In this document: positions 9,999 through 19,328 of the stretch, one piece after another
Layout: each line of letters opens with the position of its first letter
Position numbering within the stretch: the stretch's first letter is position 1
DNA from: Candidatus Undinarchaeota archaeon
GTDB taxonomy: Archaea; Undinarchaeota; Undinarchaeia; Undinarchaeales; JALTGF01
Reading direction: 5' to 3'
NCBI GenBank assembly: GCA_964574035.1
Contig: CAZNLD010000005.1
Span: 1-62,719, forward strand
DNA length: 62,719 bases
The notes under the pieces: generated by a model
Seen by the model: the letters and a program-made list of their open reading frames with translations, nothing else
The model's database searches: none
What the model was told of the DNA's origin: nothing
Made by a program: the position numbers and the translations under genes

Positions 9999-10870
9999 AA
10001 AAAATTGTAATACCCTGCGAAAAAACTGAAAATTTGGCAATTGATATTGCTGAAAAAATAGACGGGAGGCTGGCAAGCTATGAAGACAGAAGATTCCCGG
10101 ACAATGAATTTTATTTCAGAGTTGAAACCGATTTGAAGGGAAAAGAAGCAGTCATTGTTCAGACAGGATATCCAGATCCAAACTCATCTGTTGTTGAGCT
10201 TTTAATTATTGCAGATGCATGCAGACATTATGAAGCTGAAAAGGTTATAGCTGTCATTCCCTATGTTCCTTATGCAAGACAGGACAAGAGATTTGAAAAA
10301 GGGGAAGCATTCAGTTTAGAAACAATCGGCAAATTAATGAAAAATGTCGGGATTGATAAGATAATCACTGTTGATACTCATTTCAAAAGAGAATACGGTG
10401 AATACGACTTCTTTGGAATTAAAGCAGTAAACATAAGTGCAGGAGTGCCTTTAGTTAAATTTATCAAAAAAGAATTTGATTTGAAAGAACTGCAAATAAT
10501 TTCTCCTGATCTAGGGGCTTCTGAAATGATTGACAACGCAGCAAAGAAAACCAAATCAAAAAAGGCGAAGCTGAAGAAAGTTAGGAAGGGAGACTACGAT
10601 GTCGAGATGACCGGAAAGCTTGAAGTTGAGGGAAAAAATGTTCTTGTTTTGGATGATATCATTAGTACAGGCTGGACAATGGAAAAAGCCTTGAACAGAG
10701 CAAAAGATGCAGGGGCAAAAAAAGTTTTCGCAGCTGCAACACACGGTTTATTTGTTTCGGATGCAATGTCCAGATTAAAAAAAGCATCCAGTTATGTTGT
10801 TACAACTGATTCAATTGAAAATGATACTGCAGAAGTCAGTCTTGCAGATGAAATCGTGAAGGTTCTTTAA
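9995..10870 (+). CDS. prs: Ribose-phosphate pyrophosphokinase (PRPP synthetase)
   Basis: YARQDKRF and the PRPP-binding loop VLVLDDIISTGWT. Confidence 0.85.
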   Translation: MKKIVIPCEKTENLAIDIAEKIDGRLASYEDRRFPDNEFYFRVETDLKGKEAVIVQTGYPDPNSSVVELLIIADACRHYEAEKVIAVIPYVPYARQDKRFEKGEAFSLETIGKLMKNVGIDKIITVDTHFKREYGEYDFFGIKAVNISAGVPLVKFIKKEFDLKELQIISPDLGASEMIDNAAKKTKSKKAKLKKVRKGDYDVEMTGKLEVEGKNVLVLDDIISTGWTMEKALNRAKDAGAKKVFAAATHGLFVSDAMSRLKKASSYVVTTDSIENDTAEVSLADEIVKVL

Positions 10871-11533
10871 ATGGTAAATGACAAACTGAAGGAAAAAGTT
10901 GGTAAGAAAGCTGCTGAAGTTATTAAGGAAGGAATGTCTGTTGGTTTAGGGACGGGCTCTACTGTTTTTTATACTTTGAAAGCCTTGGAAGGAAAGAAAA
11001 TCAAAGGAGTATGCACTTCAAAAGATACTGAAAAGAAAGCGGAAAAGTTTGGAATTGAAACAGTTGATTTAAATGATGCTGAAAAAATTGATATCGCAGT
11101 AGACGGAGCAGATGAGTTTGACAAAGATTTAAATTTAATAAAAGGAGGAGGCGGTGCACTTACCAGAGAAAAGAATATTGACTACAGGGCTGAAAAATTT
11201 ATTGTTGTTGTTGATGAAAGCAAGAAGAAAAAGTTCCTAGGAGATTTCGGACTGCCTGTTGAAGTTATGCAGTTTTCCTGGAAGCATGTAAAAAATGATT
11301 TGGAAAAACTTGGAGCCAAAGTAGAGAGAAGAGGCGGAAAAAAACCGTTTGTTACAGACAACGAAAATTATATTTTAGATGCAAAATTTGAAACTATATT
11401 GAAGCCGGAGAGACTTGAAAAACTGATTAACAATATTCCGGGCGTTGTTGAAAACGGTATTTTCAGAAAAGAAAAAGTTAGTATAGTTTTAATGGGAACT
11501 GAAAAAGGCGTTAAAGAGTTTAAGAAAGATTAA
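10871..11533 (+). CDS. rpiA: Ribose-5-phosphate isomerase A
   Basis: GLGTGST, AVDGADEFD, KGGGGALTREK. Confidence 0.9.
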   Translation: MVNDKLKEKVGKKAAEVIKEGMSVGLGTGSTVFYTLKALEGKKIKGVCTSKDTEKKAEKFGIETVDLNDAEKIDIAVDGADEFDKDLNLIKGGGGALTREKNIDYRAEKFIVVVDESKKKKFLGDFGLPVEVMQFSWKHVKNDLEKLGAKVERRGGKKPFVTDNENYILDAKFETILKPERLEKLINNIPGVVENGIFRKEKVSIVLMGTEKGVKEFKKD

Positions 11534-12144
11534 ACATACATGTAGTCGCAGAGTGGTTTTGATTCATCAATTGCTTCCTGGCCAGTTAGTTTTTTAACTC
11601 TCTGCCTGCATTTTTCCGCTTCTTTAGTTCTGCCCAACTCATCTAAAACAAGTGCTTTTTGAGTTAATGCCGCAGCATCATTTTTAACCATTGCAAGCGC
11701 AGTATCTAAATATTTGAGAGAAGTTTTCAGTAACTCTTTTTGTTTAGAATCTTCTTTGCCTTTTTGTTTTCTCTCATTGTACATATTAAGATAAAGTGTC
11801 CCAAAATTATACCAGAGCGGGGGCACATTCTCGTTTATTTCTAGTGCTCTTTCAAAGCATTTCTTTGCCTTATTGAATTTTTTAAGAGCGTCATAAATTG
11901 TGCCTTTATTAGTCCATGCATATACTCTGTCTGGATTCAGTTCAATTGCTCTATCGTAATACTCAAGTGCAGTTTCATAATCCCCTAAGTGAAAATACGA
12001 AAGTCCTAGATTTGCCAATACATCATAAGTATTAAAATGTTCATCCGGAAGATTTTCATAAAAATCAATTGCTTCCTCATAATTTTCCTGATTAAGGGCG
12101 TTAGAGGCTTTTTGTTTTATTTCCTTAATCTCTGATTTATTCAT
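11530..12144 (-). CDS. TPR-repeat protein
   Basis: Repeated A..YY..AL/ELNP pattern (ALEYYDRAIELNPD, AKKCFERALEINEN). Confidence 0.75.
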   Translation of the reverse strand: MNKSEIKEIKQKASNALNQENYEEAIDFYENLPDEHFNTYDVLANLGLSYFHLGDYETALEYYDRAIELNPDRVYAWTNKGTIYDALKKFNKAKKCFERALEINENVPPLWYNFGTLYLNMYNERKQKGKEDSKQKELLKTSLKYLDTALAMVKNDAAALTQKALVLDELGRTKEAEKCRQRVKKLTGQEAIDESKPLCDYMYV

Positions 12145-14239
12145 TTTTCTTCTTCTTTTTCTTGTTTTTCTTTTTCTTCTTTTTCTTTCCCCAACTTGCT
12201 TTTGAGGGACAATCAGGGTCTATGCACATCTTATAATTCTTCCTTTTGCCCCTTCTAACTACTTCGATTACCGGCAGTCCGTCGTGTTTACATTTCTTTT
12301 CGGTCTTCATAATTTTTGATTTTTGAGGGAGAGGATATGAAACAGTACAATTGGGATAACTTGAGCATCCAACAAATTGCTTTCCGGTTCTCTTTGAAAC
12401 TCTTATTATTAAATTGCCTTTGCATTTAGGACATTTTCCAAGGGTTTTTCTTTCTTTGACTGCATTTCTTTTAGCTTCAACCAGCCTGTTTCCAATTTCT
12501 TCTTCGTGTGCTTTGAATTTTTTAATTAATTTTTTGAGCGTTTCTTTTGCTTCAAGTATAACTTTATCCTTATCCAGTTTTCCGGCTTTTATTTTTTCAA
12601 TTTGTTTTTCAAATTCCCTTGTAAGTTCTTCAGAAACAATTTCAGGGACATAATCAGTAAGGGTTTCAACCACTCTGCTTCCGAAATTAGTGACTTTGAT
12701 GCTTGAGCCCCTGATATAATCTCGGTCATATAAAGTCTGGATAATTTGAGCCCTTGTTGCTTTCGTCCCTATTCCTAATTTCTCCATCTGCTTGATAATT
12801 GTTGCAGGAGAGTATCTTTTTGGAGGCTTTGTTTCGTCCTCTTTCCTGTCCAGTTTTTCAACTTTGAGTTCCTGGCCTTTCTTCATTTCAGGAAGCTCTT
12901 CCTCTTTTAGTTTTACATAAGGCCTGTAGAATCTGTACCAGTTTTCTTCAACTGTTAATGCGCCTTTTGCAAAGAAAGATTCACCAGAAATATCAAAGAT
13001 TATCTTTTGGAACTGTCTGACTGCTGGCTTTCCGAATGTTGAGAAGAATGCTTTTACGATTAAGTCATAAAGTTTAAACTCGGCACCCTCTAATCCTTTT
13101 GGAAATTCACCTGTAGGGTAAATACACGGATGCGCCGGGTCTTTTTTCTTGCCTTCGTTCGCCTTTAATTTTGGCAGGTCTATTAATTCTGATGCATGCT
13201 CTTTGTATTTTTTCTGTTTAGCAATTTTTTTAAGAAGTCCCTTGATGTTTGTTTTCGGAAGTTTCTGAGAGCTTGTTCTTGGGTAAGAAATTAGCCCTTG
13301 CTCATACAAATTTTGAGCAATTTTCTGAGTTCTTTTAGGACTGAACTTAAAAACCCTGTAGGCTTCGCTCTGCAAATCTCCAAGATTTAAAGGATTCGGC
13401 GGTTTTCTGGACCTCTTTCTTTTTGAAATTTTTGAAACTACTGCTATTTTTCCTTTGCATTTCTCAAAAACTTTTTTGGATTCTTTCTCATCAAAAAACT
13501 TTTTTTTCTTATGCTTTGCTTCAACTTTGTTTTCAAAAACTGCAGTTAAAACCCAAAAAGGTTTCGGATTGAATTTTTTAATTTCCTTTTCTCTTTCATC
13601 CAGAACTTTCAGAGTAGGAGTCTGAACTCTTCCTGCACTTAAAGTGCTGTATCCTCCTGAAACAGAAGTATAAGCGTAAGAAAGCGCTCTTGAAACATTT
13701 ATTCCGTAGAACCAGTCTAATGTATGTCTTGTAATTCCTGCATCTGCCAGATTGAAATCAAGATGCTCCATTGCACTATCGTATGCCTTTCTGATTTCGC
13801 TTTTTGTTAAGGTTGAAAATTTCATCCTTTTTGCCTTTTTCAGGCAGTCAGGACCACAGGTAAATTTGATTGCATTATAGCCGATTAGTTCCCCTTCAAT
13901 ATCGTAGTCGCATGCAGAAACATAGGAGTCAGCGTCTTTTGCAAGCATTTTTAGAGTTTCTACATACTGTTTTGTAAATGCAGAAGATTTGCTTGCTTTA
14001 TAGGAAGGAACCCACTGAATGTCAAAAATAGGGTATCCGGAAGAGCCGGGTTTTTCTTTTAATGTAAAAACATGTCCGACCGCAGGAGCCACAATTATTT
14101 TCTGGTCGCCTTTGTTCAAAATATAATAAGAAACCTTCCCTCTTTTCTTTCTCTGAGGACTTCCATCTGCCAGAGCTGAAGCTATCTTTTGGCTTACTTT
14201 CGGTTTCTCTGCTACAATTAACTGATATTTCTCTGCCAT
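12137..14239 (-). CDS. topA: DNA topoisomerase I (type IA) with C-terminal zinc ribbons and a poly-lysine tail
   Basis: Toprim start LIVAEKP, DYDIEGE, active-site region ISYPRTSSQ, zinc ribbons CPKC...C..C. Tail is WGKKKKKKKNKKKKKKNE. Confidence 0.9.
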   Translation of the reverse strand: MAEKYQLIVAEKPKVSQKIASALADGSPQRKKRGKVSYYILNKGDQKIIVAPAVGHVFTLKEKPGSSGYPIFDIQWVPSYKASKSSAFTKQYVETLKMLAKDADSYVSACDYDIEGELIGYNAIKFTCGPDCLKKAKRMKFSTLTKSEIRKAYDSAMEHLDFNLADAGITRHTLDWFYGINVSRALSYAYTSVSGGYSTLSAGRVQTPTLKVLDEREKEIKKFNPKPFWVLTAVFENKVEAKHKKKKFFDEKESKKVFEKCKGKIAVVSKISKRKRSRKPPNPLNLGDLQSEAYRVFKFSPKRTQKIAQNLYEQGLISYPRTSSQKLPKTNIKGLLKKIAKQKKYKEHASELIDLPKLKANEGKKKDPAHPCIYPTGEFPKGLEGAEFKLYDLIVKAFFSTFGKPAVRQFQKIIFDISGESFFAKGALTVEENWYRFYRPYVKLKEEELPEMKKGQELKVEKLDRKEDETKPPKRYSPATIIKQMEKLGIGTKATRAQIIQTLYDRDYIRGSSIKVTNFGSRVVETLTDYVPEIVSEELTREFEKQIEKIKAGKLDKDKVILEAKETLKKLIKKFKAHEEEIGNRLVEAKRNAVKERKTLGKCPKCKGNLIIRVSKRTGKQFVGCSSYPNCTVSYPLPQKSKIMKTEKKCKHDGLPVIEVVRRGKRKNYKMCIDPDCPSKASWGKKKKKKKNKKKKKKNE

Positions 14240-15435
14240 TATTTTGGTGCAACTCCTGATTTAACGGCTGCTTCTGCAACCGCCTTAGCTTCAGATTTCA
14301 TTGCGTTGAAGTCCAAGGGCGAAGGTAATATGTTTGTTTCATTTAATTTATCTTCCGGAATGGATGAAGCAAGAGATTTGGCAGCTGCTAATTTCATTTC
14401 CTCATTAATTTCAGTTGCTTTTGAATCTAAAGCCCCTCTGAAAATGCCCGGAAAACCTAAAATGTTGTTAATCTGATTTGGATAATCAGACCTTCCAGAA
14501 GCAGCTATTTTTGCCCCGGCTGAAACTGCATTTTCAGGCATTATTTCAGGTTTTGGGTTGGCGCAGGCAAAAACTATTGGATTGGATGCCATTGATTTTA
14601 TCATTTTTTCATTAACCAAATTTGGAGCGCTTAAGCCGAGAAAAACATCCGCCCCTTTCATTGCATCTTCTAAATTTCCGGAAATGTTTTCTCTGTTTGT
14701 TCTTTCTGCAATTTCTTTTTTGTAATCATTCATGTTTTCTTTTCTTCCTTCATAAATTATTCCTGAACTGTCTGATAGGATTATCTCTTTAACTCCTGCA
14801 CTCATATAGAAATTTGAGCAGGCGATTGCAGCTGCTCCTGCTCCTGAAACTGCTACTTTAATTTCAGTTATCTTTTTGCCGGCAATTTTCAAAGAATTTA
14901 GTAAAGCTGCAAGAGTTACAACTGCAGTCCCGTGCTGGTCGTCATGAAAAACTGGAATATCTAATCTCTTTTTTAGTTCAGATTCAATTTTAAAGCAGTT
15001 TGGGGCCGCAATATCCTCCAAATTAATTCCTGCAAAAGATTTTGAAAGAAGAGAAACTGCATTGATTATTTTTTCAGGACCTTTAGAGCTTAAACAAATC
15101 GGAACTGCATCTATCCCAACCATTTCTTTGAAAAGAACGCACTTCCCGGACATAACTGGAAAAGCTGCATCCGGGCCAATGTCCCCTAAGCCAAGAACGG
15201 CAGTTCCATCCGATACAACTGCAACCATGTTGTCTCTGTTAGTATATTTAGAAATGTTTTCTGAATTTTTCTGAATTTCATCCGATATTTCAGCAACTCC
15301 AGGAGTGTAAGCCATTGACAAATCTTTAAAATTTTCAAGTTTGACTTTGCTTTTAACTTCTATCTTTCCTTTCTTTTTAGAATGATAATCTAAAACTTCT
15401 TTCCTGCTATACTTTGCCCTTTTTTTCATGTTCAA
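14239..15435 (-). CDS. NAD(P)-dependent malic enzyme (short prokaryotic type)
   Basis: YTPGVAE, LGLGDIGP, FHDDQHGTA, GAGAAAIA. Confidence 0.85.
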   Translation of the reverse strand: MNMKKRAKYSRKEVLDYHSKKKGKIEVKSKVKLENFKDLSMAYTPGVAEISDEIQKNSENISKYTNRDNMVAVVSDGTAVLGLGDIGPDAAFPVMSGKCVLFKEMVGIDAVPICLSSKGPEKIINAVSLLSKSFAGINLEDIAAPNCFKIESELKKRLDIPVFHDDQHGTAVVTLAALLNSLKIAGKKITEIKVAVSGAGAAAIACSNFYMSAGVKEIILSDSSGIIYEGRKENMNDYKKEIAERTNRENISGNLEDAMKGADVFLGLSAPNLVNEKMIKSMASNPIVFACANPKPEIMPENAVSAGAKIAASGRSDYPNQINNILGFPGIFRGALDSKATEINEEMKLAAAKSLASSIPEDKLNETNILPSPLDFNAMKSEAKAVAEAAVKSGVAPK

Positions 15436-16336
15436 TTAGCTTCATAATTTTCTCAACCAGGAGCTTTCCCACTTTCTCCTGGGCTTCACGTGTTGTTGAA
15501 CCAAGATGTGGTGTAAAAATTATTTTATCCCTGACTTCCATTATTTTTGATTCGAAGGGTTTTTTATCCCAGAAAACATCAAGCGCTGCGCCCGCTATTT
15601 CTCCGTTCTTTAGTGCTTCATAAAGGGCATTTTCGTTTATAATTCCGCCCCTTGCAGTATTTATTATGTAAGCCGACGACTTTATTGATTTCAGTTCTTT
15701 TTCAGAAATCATATCTTTTGTCTGACTTGTCAAAGGCAGATGAATTGTTAAAAAGTCTGCTTCTTTAAGAAGGTCAATTAGAGAAGTATTCTTCCCATTT
15801 ATTTTTTCAAGGAAATATGCATGAGGATTCCTGTCGTGGGCAATTATTTTCATTCCAAATGAGGAAGCAAGTTCTGCAACTCTTTTTCCAATTCTTCCTA
15901 AACCAATAACTCCCAGAGTTTTTCCCTTTAATTCAACCCCTTTCAAAGATTTCTTTTTCCATTCTCCTTCTTTTACTGAATGGTCTGCCTTGGGAATGTT
16001 TCTTGCTAACGAAAGCATCAAACCAACTGCGAGCTCTGCAACTGATTCAGTAGGAGCTTCCGGCGTGTTTATGACTTTGACTCCCTTTTCCTTTGCATAT
16101 TCTATATCAATGTTGTCTAAACCAACACCTGCCCGTATAACTGCTCTTAATTTTGGAGCTACTTCAAGAATATCTTTTGTAATTTTTGTCCTGCTTCTTA
16201 CAATTACAATATCGTATTTTTTAATTTCTTCAGAAAGTTTCTCGTGGCTGATATCAAAATCAGTTACAACATCAGCTGCCTTTTTTAGTTCTTCAACTGC
16301 TTCTCTGCTTATTTTGTCCGCTGCCAGAATTTTCAT
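15407..16336 (-). CDS. serA: D-3-phosphoglycerate dehydrogenase / D-2-hydroxyacid dehydrogenase
   Basis: GVIGLGRIG Rossmann motif, INTARGG, LDVF, TPHLG. No ACT domain (309 aa). Confidence 0.8.
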   Translation of the reverse strand: MKILAADKISREAVEELKKAADVVTDFDISHEKLSEEIKKYDIVIVRSRTKITKDILEVAPKLRAVIRAGVGLDNIDIEYAKEKGVKVINTPEAPTESVAELAVGLMLSLARNIPKADHSVKEGEWKKKSLKGVELKGKTLGVIGLGRIGKRVAELASSFGMKIIAHDRNPHAYFLEKINGKNTSLIDLLKEADFLTIHLPLTSQTKDMISEKELKSIKSSAYIINTARGGIINENALYEALKNGEIAGAALDVFWDKKPFESKIMEVRDKIIFTPHLGSTTREAQEKVGKLLVEKIMKLIEHEKKGKV

Positions 16337-17397
16337 CGTAGTATTTCAGATAAAGCAAATAAAGTTCTTTCAAGTTCTTCTCTGCCTACTTCTCCCATAT
16401 GTCCTATTCTGAACATTTTGCCCTTCATATGTTTTTGAGCTCCCGCAACAAGTATGTCATAATCTTCATTCAATCTTTTCCTGATAAATTCGGCTTCTTC
16501 ATTTTCAATTGATGTCAAAGTGTTGGAGCAGATATCACAGTTTTCAGGGAATAAATCAAGACCTAACTCCTGAACTTTATCTCTGCAGTAATCTGCATTT
16601 TTCTTGTGCCTTTTAATTCTATTGTCAATTCCTTCTTCTTCAATTATGTCAAGTGCAACCTCTAAACCATAGAGAGTTGAAATTGCAGGAGTCCACGGAG
16701 GTTTTGGATACTTCTTTTTGAATTTCATCAAATTATTGTAGTAAGTGTGTCTTTCTGAATTTTCAACTGCCTTCCATGCCTTTTCCGAAACTGAAACAAA
16801 AGCAAGTCCAGGAGGCATTGAAAAACATTTCTGAGATCCTGAAACACAGATGTCTACATTCCAGTCATCAACTTTCACTTCGTCTCCTGCAAGGCAGGAA
16901 ATCGTATCAACACAAAGAAGGGTTTCGGTGTCTTTTGTCATTTCTCCAATTTCCCAGATAGGATTTAAAACACCGGTACTTGTTTCATTCTGGACAACAG
17001 TTACTGCTTTTGTGTCTTCTTTTAGAGCGTCTTTAATTCGTTTAGTGTCGATTTTTTTGCCCCATTCATATTCAATTTCAGTAACTTCTGCTCCGAATGC
17101 TTTTGCAATATCCCTGTATCTTTCTGAAAATTTTCCTGAAACTACAGAAACTACATGATCTCCCGGAGAAATAGAGCTTGCAATTGACGCCTCCATTCCG
17201 GCGGTTCCCGAGCCGGACATTATATATGTATCATTTTTTGTTTTGAAAATTGATTTTAGCCTTTCCGAGCTTTCTCTTACAAATTCAGTAAATTCAGGAG
17301 TTCTGTGATGTATGATGGGCTGAGACATTGCCTTCAATACTTTTTCAGGCACTACCGTCGGCCCAGGAGTCATTAAAAGTTTTGGTTTCATGTCCAT
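16333..17397 (-). CDS. Class V aminotransferase (serine-pyruvate / phosphoserine aminotransferase-like)
   Basis: LMTPGPT, SGSGTAGMEA and PLP-lysine context SGSQKC. Adjacent to serA and serS. Confidence 0.8.
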   Translation of the reverse strand: MDMKPKLLMTPGPTVVPEKVLKAMSQPIIHHRTPEFTEFVRESSERLKSIFKTKNDTYIMSGSGTAGMEASIASSISPGDHVVSVVSGKFSERYRDIAKAFGAEVTEIEYEWGKKIDTKRIKDALKEDTKAVTVVQNETSTGVLNPIWEIGEMTKDTETLLCVDTISCLAGDEVKVDDWNVDICVSGSQKCFSMPPGLAFVSVSEKAWKAVENSERHTYYNNLMKFKKKYPKPPWTPAISTLYGLEVALDIIEEEGIDNRIKRHKKNADYCRDKVQELGLDLFPENCDICSNTLTSIENEEAEFIRKRLNEDYDILVAGAQKHMKGKMFRIGHMGEVGREELERTLFALSEILR

Positions 17398-17436
17398 GTC
17401 CGATTAATTGAAGTAAGGGGTTTATTTAGTTTATTG

Positions 17437-18711
17437 CTATTCTGGTTTAATTTTTTTAAAGCCAGTATATTTCTGAAGCTTTTTTGGAATTTTTACTGAA
17501 CCGTCTTTTTGCTGGAAATTTTCCAGAATTGAAACTATGGTTCTGCCGGTTGCAAATGCAGTGCTGTTAAGTGTATGAACTGGTTTAGGTTTGTCGTTCG
17601 GCTTAATTCTGTACCTGCATTTTAATCTTCTTGCCTGATAATCAGTACAATTTGAGCACGAAATTATTTCCCTGTATTTTTTTTGGGCGGGCATCCAGAC
17701 CTCAATGTCATACTTTTTGGCTGCAGTGTTGCCAATGTCCCCAGTACAAACATTTACAATACGGTAGGGCAAGCTGAGCCCTTTTACAAGCTCTTCTGCG
17801 CAGTTTAAGAGAAATTCATGCTCGCTCCAGCTTTCTGCAGGCTTGCTGAAGGTGAACATTTCAACCTTGTTAAATTGATGCACTCTGAATATTCCTTTGG
17901 TGTCTTTTCCATGAGTTCCTGCTTCAGTCCTGTAGCAGGGAGAGAATCCCGCATATCTTTCAGGAAGCTGGTCTGCAGACAAAATTTCATCAAAATGCAT
18001 TCCTGCAATTGCATGCTCGCTTGTTAAGGTTAAGTATAAATCTTCATCTTCTATCTTGTAAATTTCATCTCTTGACATCGGAAGCATTCCTGCCCCATAC
18101 ATTATGTTTTCTCTGACCAAATTCGGAGGAATTACTCTTCTGAATCCCTTTTTTGAAAGGAAATCTAAGGCATAATTGATTAAAGCCATTTCAAGGGCTA
18201 CACCTTTTCCAAGCATATAATAAAATCTGGCGCCTGATGTTTTTGCAGCGCTTTCAACATCAAATAAATTTAGTTTTTCTCCAATTTCAATATGATTTTT
18301 TGGCTTGAAATCAAAATCCAGTTTTTTGCCGACTTTTTTAACTTCCTTGTTGTCGGTTTCATCTTCCCCTTTCGGAACAGATTCGTGCAAAATATTTGGG
18401 ATTTTTGAAAGAAGTTCGTCTCTTTCTTCCTTTCTTTTGTCTGCTTTTTCAACTACGGACTCAATTTCTTTTGTCAGTTTCTGCATTTCATTTATTTTCT
18501 TTTTTGCAGACTTTCCTTTCTTTTTTTGCTCTGAAATTTCAAGACTTACTTTGTTCTTTTTATGTTTTAGTTTGTCCCTTTTCTTGACTAAAGTTCTCCA
18601 TTTTTTGTCATGTTCAAGGACTTCGTCAATAATTTCAATGCTTTCGCCCCTCCTCCTTTGAGAATCTTTTACGAGTTCAGGGTTTTCTCTCAGAATGTTT
18701 ATGTCAATCAT
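17437..18711 (-). CDS. serS: Seryl-tRNA synthetase
   Basis: N-terminal coiled coil, class II motifs (FRVHQFNKVE, GDIGNTAAKKYDIEVW, NSTAFATGRT). Confidence 0.95.
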   Translation of the reverse strand: MIDINILRENPELVKDSQRRRGESIEIIDEVLEHDKKWRTLVKKRDKLKHKKNKVSLEISEQKKKGKSAKKKINEMQKLTKEIESVVEKADKRKEERDELLSKIPNILHESVPKGEDETDNKEVKKVGKKLDFDFKPKNHIEIGEKLNLFDVESAAKTSGARFYYMLGKGVALEMALINYALDFLSKKGFRRVIPPNLVRENIMYGAGMLPMSRDEIYKIEDEDLYLTLTSEHAIAGMHFDEILSADQLPERYAGFSPCYRTEAGTHGKDTKGIFRVHQFNKVEMFTFSKPAESWSEHEFLLNCAEELVKGLSLPYRIVNVCTGDIGNTAAKKYDIEVWMPAQKKYREIISCSNCTDYQARRLKCRYRIKPNDKPKPVHTLNSTAFATGRTIVSILENFQQKDGSVKIPKKLQKYTGFKKIKPE

Positions 18712-18764
18712 CTTAAAAATAGATAGGTTGGTAGAATTTAATAAGGTTTCTGAGAGAGAAGTAA

Positions 18765-19274
18765 CTAAATGCCTGGACCAACTATAACATGATTTTCTCT
18801 GATTTCTTCTTTGGTGCGTTCATGTTTAAGAAATGCATCAAGTGCTTTTGCTACTGGTACTAGATAATAATTAACCTGTACCTCATGTGAAATCTTTGTT
18901 GGTTCCCTTGGAGGTGCAAGTGTAAGAAAAAGTGTAAATGTATAATCTTCTTTACTTGTTTGTTTTACCTTAAGATAAATTGAAATCCCATATGTAAGAT
19001 TAAGTCTTAGTGAATCACCGGGCTGAATTTGTTTTAATTTTTTGCGGAAGCTTAAATATTCCTCTTTTGCCTCCTTCTTTCCCATGTTTTTTCTCATATC
19101 TTCACTTAAAATTTTATTGTAGTAACCATTAAAAAATTTAACTAGGTTTTCTCTAAAATAATCGTAGAGTGCGCTCGCACCTTTTATCTTGATTTCTACT
19201 TTATCTGGTCCTTTCCCCTTTTCTTTTATTTGTTTTGTGTGCCTTAGGGCCCGTTCATAGTAACTTTTTTCCAT
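18765..19274 (-). CDS. Hypothetical protein
   Basis: 169-aa ORF with genome-typical K/E-rich composition. No motif recognised. Confidence 0.5.
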   Translation of the reverse strand: MEKSYYERALRHTKQIKEKGKGPDKVEIKIKGASALYDYFRENLVKFFNGYYNKILSEDMRKNMGKKEAKEEYLSFRKKLKQIQPGDSLRLNLTYGISIYLKVKQTSKEDYTFTLFLTLAPPREPTKISHEVQVNYYLVPVAKALDAFLKHERTKEEIRENHVIVGPGI

Positions 19275-19328
19275 ACAAATAACTAATGAACAACATAAGT
19301 TAAATAATTATTTATATTGCTAAATCGA

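Noticed and set aside
14237-14242. Apparent 1-nt disagreement between my hand count of the topA start / malic-enzyme stop (TAATG, shared base read at 14240) and the ORF track (14239)
   Set aside because: This is most likely my counting error in the printed blocks. ORF-track coordinates were kept. Hand-derived coordinates of repeats elsewhere may therefore be off by about 1 nt.
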